From: a virus
Lineage: Duplodnaviria > Caudoviricetes
Reading direction: 5' to 3' (one strand)
IMG/VR virus record: IMGVR_UViG_3300009104_002038
Span: 1-52,331 of that record
DNA length: 52,331 nucleotides
In this document: in pieces, positions 45,919 through 52,331 of the stretch
Layout of the letters: every line of letters begins with the position of its first letter
Numbering within the stretch: the first letter of the stretch is position 1
The notes under the pieces: model-generated
Told to the model about the DNA's origin: nothing
What the model saw: only the letters and a program-made list of their open reading frames with translations
The model's database searches: none
Position numbers and translations under genes: made by a program

Positions 45919-46971
45919 TTAAAAATATTTTTTCTTGTACAAGGAGCGAGATATGTGGCCGCTCTTTATTAAATCTTTAATCCGAGAATGCAACTTTTCG
46001 TCGTCAGGAGAATCTGCTCTGGCGTCCATTTCACTCTTCCATAAGGAAAAATCTTCCGCATTCATATCCCCGAAGTCGTTCTTTGGGGGCAAGTGAACCA
46101 GTAGGGATCCTTTGTCAAAGAAACCAAGTAACTTTAAGTAAATCTTAAGCGCCCCAACCTCTCCCCTGTTAATGGAGGAGTCCTTGTCGTTATTGAGAGA
46201 AATAATAATCTTCTTTAACCCCAATGATACTAAGAAGCATATTAAGGCAGAGGAGAGGGACGTTCCGAATATAGGTAGTACATTTTTATATCCATGTTCG
46301 TGGCAATTAAGTAAATCTCCAATGCTTTCAACTAAGATAATCTCTCCCTTGGAAAGAATCGCGTCTTGAATGGGATGAATTTTCCCCCCAAAAGGAACAT
46401 AAAAAGGATAAATCCACTTTGATTTTTTTCCTACATGCTTCCATTTGGGGCGTTTAGAGTTTGAGCGCCCAGACATATCTCTGCCGCTAAACCCATGAAT
46501 CTTAAGGTCTTGATTATAAATGGGAAACACAAAGCGCTGGTACAATGACCCTTCTGTAGCCAAGCCCCCCTTAAAAAACTTTAGCGTTGAACTTGAAATT
46601 CCTTTGTCATTATAAAATTTGTAATGAGGTAATAATTTATCCAAAATAGAATCAGGGTATGTTTTTTCGATATCCAAACGAGGAGAAGGAGGGGGAGATT
46701 GAGGAAGGGCTTGAATGTCTGAATTAGCTCCCAAAACCCTTTTTATAACTTCTGAATCGTTTGTTTGCAGGGTAGCCGACACAAGCGACTTAAGGGGTAG
46801 GAACTTACTTTCTTCAACATAATCTACCCATACCCCCGAATCCTTGTATATTTTAAGGGCAGTTGGATTACTTCCGCCCCTATAAAGGGCGCTTGTTCTC
46901 CAATGACTGCCGGAGTCGCTAAGCTTGTATCCAAGCTCCTCTAGTACTGATTTGATTTTTTGAACCGTCAT
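45919..46971 (-). CDS. dnaG: DNA primase (Toprim)
   Basis: RFVFPI, GFSGR, PKWK, LVESIGD, NND, NDFG. Confidence 0.8.
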   Translation of the reverse strand: MTVQKIKSVLEELGYKLSDSGSHWRTSALYRGGSNPTALKIYKDSGVWVDYVEESKFLPLKSLVSATLQTNDSEVIKRVLGANSDIQALPQSPPPSPRLDIEKTYPDSILDKLLPHYKFYNDKGISSSTLKFFKGGLATEGSLYQRFVFPIYNQDLKIHGFSGRDMSGRSNSKRPKWKHVGKKSKWIYPFYVPFGGKIHPIQDAILSKGEIILVESIGDLLNCHEHGYKNVLPIFGTSLSSALICFLVSLGLKKIIISLNNDKDSSINRGEVGALKIYLKLLGFFDKGSLLVHLPPKNDFGDMNAEDFSLWKSEMDARADSPDDEKLHSRIKDLIKSGHISRSLYKKKYF

Positions 46972-48464
46972 ATATCTATAGAGGAATCAATTATTGAATT
47001 AGCGGCAACCTCAACATCGACTTGAGCATTAACCATATCCTGTAGGTCTCCCACCTCATTGATATTAAAATTATTAAAATCAAAATTTAAATAGTTGCGC
47101 TTAAGGTCGCCGTTTGGCATACGGACAGGCTGGATGGCTCTATGTACATTGTGTCCAAGGTGTCGGTACTTAAAGCAAGTAAGCCTATGGGTTCCGAACT
47201 GATCGCACTCTGCTAGTTCATCTAGGGTTTTTTGTCGGAGCGCAAAAAGATGTGAGCTGAACTGAGTGATACGATCTGAAAGAGAAACAATGCTCTCGTC
47301 CTCTACGATATTGTCGGCATTTCGATTTGTAGTAATACCCTGCCTATTGCTTTGAACGCTAGTCATCATAGCAATGGAAGGTTTTCCGTCTAAGGTGATA
47401 TCTCTCTGTATAAGGCGCTTGAATTTGTCCACCATCTCCCCCACTACTTGCCATTCTGATTTGTTCTTGGAAGATTCTGACGTAGTTTTTATATAATCAA
47501 AGCTTAGGATCATTGGGTTACCTCGCTTGATCCTGGAAAAATAAAAATGTTTAACTAATTGAATCATTGAATCCACTGTCATCCCACCCACATTTTCATA
47601 GAAAAATTGATAAGATTTAATTTTTTTCCATACTTGACGCACCTTATTTTCAATTTCGGGGCCAGCGCAACGCCAAGTCCCATGTTCTAGGTGGGAGAGG
47701 GGCACTCCGGAGAGCGAGGCACACATGCGCCGCTGAATTTCCCCCTTACTCATTTCGCCATTGTCTAAATGCAGCACCGGCATTCCTTCCATCATGGAAA
47801 CTTTCATACAATAATCCACAACAAACTGCGTCTTGCCAGCCCCCGTACGAGCCACAAAAGTGGTTATGTTTCCGGGCCTCAAGAGAGAGCCGTAAAGCTC
47901 ATGGAGTCGTGCATGGGGGCCTGGGGGGCCAAAACTTTTCAAGGGATTGTTCCCGCGCTCCTCTATGTTTTCCTCCATGTCATCGAAGATATTTAAAGGG
48001 CCATGCTGTCCAGTGTCATAAAGATCTACATGAGAATTGTAAATCTCGTCAGCGGCCTCTATAATCTCGGGCAAATTCTTGGACACATCGAAGTTTTTCA
48101 TGGCCTTTGAGAGTTTTAGGCCAGTTTCCGAGATGGCATTGCGTACCGAAAGCTTTTTTAACTCACGGGCCGCCTCAATCATTCTGTTGGCGGAACTCTT
48201 CCTGAGCTTTAGGGAGGAAGTGTAATCGCTAATATTTAAGTTGTCTTCGAAAGATATTCCCGAAAGTTTTATGCGCTCCGCAAGAATGATGTCATCAATA
48301 AAGTTTCCTTGCTCATATTCAGCCTGAAGAAACGTAAAGATCACGGAATTGACATGAGAGGAGAAGTCTCCTGGCTCGATAAAGGTGGCAACTTCAACGT
48401 ATTTCTCTGGATAATTTAAGAGCCCAGCGAGAAACTGCTGCTCGACTTCATGGGAAAAAACCAT
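46968..48464 (-). CDS. dnaB: replicative DNA helicase
   Basis: DnaB N-domain, ARTGAGKT, GEM, DYIK, QSNR; promoter TTGACT-N17-TACTAT at 48470-48498. Confidence 0.88.
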   Translation of the reverse strand: MVFSHEVEQQFLAGLLNYPEKYVEVATFIEPGDFSSHVNSVIFTFLQAEYEQGNFIDDIILAERIKLSGISFEDNLNISDYTSSLKLRKSSANRMIEAARELKKLSVRNAISETGLKLSKAMKNFDVSKNLPEIIEAADEIYNSHVDLYDTGQHGPLNIFDDMEENIEERGNNPLKSFGPPGPHARLHELYGSLLRPGNITTFVARTGAGKTQFVVDYCMKVSMMEGMPVLHLDNGEMSKGEIQRRMCASLSGVPLSHLEHGTWRCAGPEIENKVRQVWKKIKSYQFFYENVGGMTVDSMIQLVKHFYFSRIKRGNPMILSFDYIKTTSESSKNKSEWQVVGEMVDKFKRLIQRDITLDGKPSIAMMTSVQSNRQGITTNRNADNIVEDESIVSLSDRITQFSSHLFALRQKTLDELAECDQFGTHRLTCFKYRHLGHNVHRAIQPVRMPNGDLKRNYLNFDFNNFNINEVGDLQDMVNAQVDVEVAANSIIDSSIDI

Positions 48465-48490
48465 GCTCTATAGTACTATAACTGGAGGGA

Positions 48491-48769
48491 TTAGTCAAGA
48501 CCTATTTCAGGGTCTTCGTTATCCATGTTAAGCATGCCTTCGGATTCTTCTACTCCAATTAGGTATTTTTCTAATGCTTTCCGCAACCCCATTTCAACTA
48601 TTTGATTTTGAGTTTTAGTGTAGACGAGGGCTTTCCCCTCTTGGGTTACAAATGCTAAGATAAATCCTTTTGTATGGTCGGCCTCACCGCTAAACTCAAA
48701 GAGTTGGTCGAGCAAGGGATCGGGAACCATGAAGGGAGAAAGGTTTTCGGGATCAATATCGTCACTCAC
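48491..48769 (-). CDS. hypothetical protein
   Basis: 92-aa ORF with GTGTA upstream. Confidence 0.7.
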   Translation of the reverse strand: MSDDIDPENLSPFMVPDPLLDQLFEFSGEADHTKGFILAFVTQEGKALVYTKTQNQIVEMGLRKALEKYLIGVEESEGMLNMDNEDPEIGLD

Positions 48770-48787
48770 AGTAATATGTACACTTGA

Positions 48788-49198
48788 TTATAGGATAACC
48801 CCAAAACTTTTGAAGAGCTCCTGGGATAATTTGTCGTCAGGATAAACCTCCACCAATGTAATGGAATTTAATTTACAAAATTTTGACTTATCATTATCTC
48901 TACGCATTTGGCTCAGAAAAGTAGACTTTGAGGATCCATGAAAATGTGGGGTGTATTTTAGGTGTTGCGCCCCCTGTACTTCTACGGCCACTTTTTTTGA
49001 GGCATTATAGAAATCGAGGGTCATTTTTGTTCCAGCCACAGGAAACTCTTCAAACACTATATCTTGAGACCAAAATGGCTTTAGGTATTCTTTTGCGCGA
49101 AACTGGAGCTTGCTGCGGCTTTCAGCATTCCAATCAATAAGGTATCGACGCGCCTTTGAAACTCTTTTGCGGGACCCAATTAAAGTTGTAAAGACCAT
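48788..49198 (-). CDS. DUF559/Vsr-like endonuclease
   Basis: EEFP..LDFY..VEVQGAQH..RD..K; start taken at MVFTT. Confidence 0.75.
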   Translation of the reverse strand: MVFTTLIGSRKRVSKARRYLIDWNAESRSKLQFRAKEYLKPFWSQDIVFEEFPVAGTKMTLDFYNASKKVAVEVQGAQHLKYTPHFHGSSKSTFLSQMRRDNDKSKFCKLNSITLVEVYPDDKLSQELFKSFGVIL

Positions 49199-49199
49199 T

Positions 49200-50321
49200 C
49201 TAAATAGACTGTTCGCAAATAATAGCCTTAAAATGATCAATAAGAAATTCAGTTAATGCAGAATTTCCTTCGAGTAACTCGTTGAATTTAGAGTCTCCAT
49301 GAATTTTTTCTGGAACTTCATGCCCGGCGCCCTTGAGGATATCTAGGAAATCCTTTTCGCAAGTTATCCATGCTCCTTTTTTATTTATATAACCCCATAA
49401 GAAAAGCATGTCGATAAGCTCTTTCTCTATCCAGATAGAGGTTCCGTTCTTGCGGCCATACTTTATCGGGTACTCCAGTGTGTAATTAGTTTTTTCATTT
49501 GGAGATTTTTTTACAGTAGCTTTTACTATATGACCTAGAATCTTATTCTTTTGTTGGTCGATTGGCTGAGTAGGATTTTCTAAAATTAAATCTCTTTTGA
49601 AGCGAGGCTCAAATTCCAGAATATAATTAGCAAAATGAAGTAGGGCATTGCCGCCCGTCGCTGTTGTTTGCCTGATGGGAGCCTTACTGTAAGGGTCTAG
49701 CTTAATGTCAGCCCTTACCTGAGAAATAAAGATTGCCATATGGCCACGCTTTGCTAGGGCTATGCTCATTTTTTGCATAAACTTTGCCCCAAGAAGAGCA
49801 CCTCCCGCTACTTTGTGCGCATCCTCAAATCCCTTTTTTAAGTCATCTTTCATGATGAGTCCATCGAGGGAATCTAGTAAAAAGCAATACTTTGTGGCGC
49901 CTGGATTACGCACCACGAGAACTCTCATTAAGTCAAGTACTGTCTCGTAAATGTTACAATCAAAAACAAAGCAAGTACCCTCGTTCCATTCGTCCTCCGA
50001 TGATACAAAAGACACACCTGATCGCTCCCTCATTTCCGGAGATAGGCGACCTTCTGCTTTTATGTACACCCCTTTTGAGTTCGGCATTTTGAGGAAATTC
50101 TTCATAACTTCGAGGCCCTCCGATGTTTTTCCGCCCTCATTCATCCCGATAAAGCGATGGAGCCCAGGGCAAAATCCTCCATTAAGCTCGAAGTCCACCT
50201 TTAAACTGCCACTGGATACCCTATAATCAATTTCTTCTTCAAAGTTATAGTGATGCTCCTTATTTTGTAGCAAGAAGGCTTTTAGGGCCTCCTGGGCTCC
50301 CGTTTCTGAAGTAGTAGTCAT
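49200..50321 (-). CDS. recA: RecA/UvsX recombinase
   Basis: SSGS..D..L.GG, GMNEGGKT, LDSL, SQVR, GGNAL, KGAW. Confidence 0.88.
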   Translation of the reverse strand: MTTTSETGAQEALKAFLLQNKEHHYNFEEEIDYRVSSGSLKVDFELNGGFCPGLHRFIGMNEGGKTSEGLEVMKNFLKMPNSKGVYIKAEGRLSPEMRERSGVSFVSSEDEWNEGTCFVFDCNIYETVLDLMRVLVVRNPGATKYCFLLDSLDGLIMKDDLKKGFEDAHKVAGGALLGAKFMQKMSIALAKRGHMAIFISQVRADIKLDPYSKAPIRQTTATGGNALLHFANYILEFEPRFKRDLILENPTQPIDQQKNKILGHIVKATVKKSPNEKTNYTLEYPIKYGRKNGTSIWIEKELIDMLFLWGYINKKGAWITCEKDFLDILKGAGHEVPEKIHGDSKFNELLEGNSALTEFLIDHFKAIICEQSI

Positions 50322-50650
50322 GATAAAAAGTCTCGCAAGGTTTTGTTTTTGTTGGGGGGGTTGTAGTCGTTATCGCTTTTGGGTTTCAGTTTCAGCTTCG
50401 TTGGCAACGGTATCTCATATTTAAATCTATTATACTTTTTTTGGAGCTCCGAATGGTAGTATCCAGAGCGTAGTACAACTAAGGAATTTAGTTTCTGAGG
50501 GAAATCTACTCCAAGCCAAAAGTCTTTTTCGGGATATTCGCAAAGCAGAGCCTTTAGAGACGCCATCTCGCGCCCCCAGAAGTTACGCTTTTGAGTTTTG
50601 GGGACAATCGTCAACCGCTCGATAACTTTTTTCTTTTCGGTATAAGTCAA
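50318..50650 (-). CDS. hypothetical protein
   Basis: Promoter TTGACT-N17-TACTAT at 50657-50685. Confidence 0.65.
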   Translation of the reverse strand: MTYTEKKKVIERLTIVPKTQKRNFWGREMASLKALLCEYPEKDFWLGVDFPQKLNSLVVLRSGYYHSELQKKYNRFKYEIPLPTKLKLKPKSDNDYNPPNKNKTLRDFLS

Positions 50651-50690
50651 TGCTACATAGTAACATGCACAGGACTAAAAGTCAAGAGCA

Positions 50691-51125
50691 TTAACGTCTT
50701 TTGCTTGGAATGGCGTAAAATCCTACCACCATAAAGCATAAATCCATGAAGGAGGCCAGTAACAAACCCCCGGTTAACCTTACAACCTTCCAGTCCTCTC
50801 CCCCAAACACCCAACTAAAGAAGCCCCATTTGGCCCCCTCTCCCTTAGGAACGATGATATCGTAGGTGATTTCGGGGTTGTGCGCATAATAGATCATCAT
50901 GTAACACATAGTAAATGTAATGGTCATGAATAAGATGCGCCGTGTTACCTTGACGAAGGGATCTTTGGCCTGTTCGGATTGGTTTTTAATGAGGGCATCC
51001 AGCATATCCTTGTCTCGAGCAGCTAGCATTAGTTGGTCTTGGCGCTTTTGCTCCAACCAAGAGTTAATTAAGTTGCAGCCGAGTTTAATGCCGGCGCCAA
51101 TTACGGTATTTAGTATAGGCCCCAT
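50691..51125 (-). CDS. membrane protein (holin-like?)
   Basis: 2-3 TM segments; ATG at 51125 follows the GTGTA motif. Confidence 0.6.
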   Translation of the reverse strand: MGPILNTVIGAGIKLGCNLINSWLEQKRQDQLMLAARDKDMLDALIKNQSEQAKDPFVKVTRRILFMTITFTMCYMMIYYAHNPEITYDIIVPKGEGAKWGFFSWVFGGEDWKVVRLTGGLLLASFMDLCFMVVGFYAIPSKRR

Positions 51126-51140
51126 TACTAATAAGTACAC

Positions 51141-51824
51141 TCATTCTTCCCGGGGAGGACAGTTTTTAGTAAGCTGAGAAAAGATCGATTCCTGGTTTTC
51201 GGGAGTGGAAAAGTACCATTTCCACATTATATCACCCCTTATCTTCTGAATTTTTTTCTCTAGTGAAAGTACTGCGGTTTCCATATCGTCCAAATACCCT
51301 GGGCTTAAATTTTTAATATCTATATCCAACTGAAGAGCCACATTTAGAACCTTAGAGAGGTCTCCTGAGGACTTGCCCGCTGACGCCTCCTGATAAAGAG
51401 ATACCCTTTCTTCAATTTCAGACTCACTCAAACCCTGTAACCGATCTGGATGAGTACATAGCACTATTTCGCGATACAACTCTTTTGTTTCTGGGGTAGC
51501 TTCACAACTAGGTTGAGCGCCAGGAGGAGCGCTTACGGATTCAAATGGCGCCCGCACCCCACGAGAATGACAAAAACTAAACATTTGAGAGATAAAATTA
51601 GACTTCGCCACCTTGAAGGTCGAGGAAATTTCATCGCACTCCATGTTTAAATAGATTGCTTTATGCTTTAATTTGGTAAAACGACGCTCAAGGAGGCGTG
51701 CATATTCCTCTTCCGAATAAGAAGTATCAAGAGAAGATTCGGAAGGAGGGGGAGATTGACCTGAAATGACGTGCCCCAAAGGATGAGATTCTCTTTCATT
51801 AAAAAGATGAAATAAATCTTCCAT
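51141..51824 (-). CDS. J-domain-like (HPD) protein
   Basis: KELYREIVLCTHPDRL. Confidence 0.6.
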   Translation of the reverse strand: MEDLFHLFNERESHPLGHVISGQSPPPSESSLDTSYSEEEYARLLERRFTKLKHKAIYLNMECDEISSTFKVAKSNFISQMFSFCHSRGVRAPFESVSAPPGAQPSCEATPETKELYREIVLCTHPDRLQGLSESEIEERVSLYQEASAGKSSGDLSKVLNVALQLDIDIKNLSPGYLDDMETAVLSLEKKIQKIRGDIMWKWYFSTPENQESIFSQLTKNCPPREE

Positions 51825-51838
51825 AAATCTATATACAC

Positions 51839-51864
51839 AAAAGGCGGCCCCAGTAAGGGCCGCC
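51839..51864 (-). terminator. rho-independent terminator
   Basis: GGCGGCCC-N6-GGGCCGCC followed by TTTT on minus. Confidence 0.8.
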
Positions 51865-51889
51865 CAGTGTGATAGTTAAGGATTAAAAA

Positions 51890-52330
51890 TTAAACCGAGG
51901 CCAATATTTCCAGCGAGTAGTCTTCGCTCGGAATCTCGTCGGAGAATTGGAACGTAACTGCAGTGGTGGAGATAGCCGACATTTGGAGCCCGATAATGGG
52001 GTCAGCGGCGGAGGTCGAGATAAGAGTACCGACAACCGAGGGAGTAGATGGAAACTCAGAAGTGAAGGTAACGGTCTTGCTCGTGTCGCCACTGGCTAGC
52101 TCCGTGCTTTTCACCTGAACGTCGTTCGTGGTGATATCGGCCGCAAGACTGGAGATGTCGCTGTCCTGCGTAACATCAATGGCCTTGAGGCTGGAGATGT
52201 CGCTGTCCTGCGTAACGTCAATGGCCTTGAGGCTGGAGATGTCGCTGTCGTGAGTAACGTCAACTGCCTGAAGGCTGGAAACGTCGCTACCAAGAGTAAC
52301 GTCAACGGCCTGGAGGCTGGAGATGTCGCT
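51890..52330 (-). CDS. C-terminal part of a fibre protein (runs off the window)
   Basis: Open frame to the window edge; 14-aa repeats SDISSL[KQ]A[IV]DVT; C-terminal VTF..F.STPSV domain typical of fibre tips. Confidence 0.75.
   Translation of the reverse strand, partial: SDISSLQAVDVTLGSDVSSLQAVDVTHDSDISSLKAIDVTQDSDISSLKAIDVTQDSDISSLAADITTNDVQVKSTELASGDTSKTVTFTSEFPSTPSVVGTLISTSAADPIIGLQMSAISTTAVTFQFSDEIPSEDYSLEILASV
52145..52330 (-). repeat. 42-bp tandem repeat (14-aa double heptad)
   Basis: About 4.5 copies of AGCGACATCTCCAGCCTCAAGGCCATTGACGTTACGCAGGAC. Confidence 0.85.
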
Positions 52331-52331
52331 A

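Noticed and set aside
52111-52305. ORF with RRTATSPASRPL repeats, or a CRISPR-like repeat
   Set aside because: Alternative frame of the 42-bp coding repeat; there are no spacers.
269-52330. Stop-codon recoding, and the remaining plus-strand or nested ORFs
   Set aside because: Standard-code minus-strand ORFs tile the window and use all three stop codons; the other ORFs are antisense or out-of-frame shadows without motifs.

Overview
A 52-kb piece of a large dsDNA phage genome. Essentially all credible genes lie on the minus strand and are tightly packed. The host is plausibly Verrucomicrobiota/PVC, inferred only from an ECF sigma factor of the Rhodopirellula/Verrucomicrobium type. Left end (1-3143): a compact CRISPR-TnpB locus. 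A catalytically intact ~470-aa TnpB/Cas12f-like RuvC nuclease sits between two arrays of one 36-bp repeat. Each array is fused directly to a near-identical 96-nt structured RNA scaffold containing an anti-repeat and a possible pseudoknot. An HTH-HNH gene is adjacent, and no cas1/cas2 or tnpA is seen in the window. Next comes an accessory region: three sigma-70-family factors (two paired with Fis-HTH proteins), a C5 methyltransferase, GIY-YIG and ParB-like proteins, a sugar reductase, dNMP kinase, dUTPase, a holin-like protein, an outer-membrane barrel, a tmRNA with a long basic tag and an apparently dead UvsE. Then a tail-fibre cluster, a ClpC-like ATPase, and a replication module (split DnaE, DEDDh exonuclease, GuaC, Cas4-like nuclease, primase, DnaB, RecA). 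Two upstream signal classes are visible: consensus sigma70 promoters that often imply leaderless mRNAs, and a recurring GTGTA motif 9-12 nt before start codons. All calls come from reading motifs by eye; no database searches were run.
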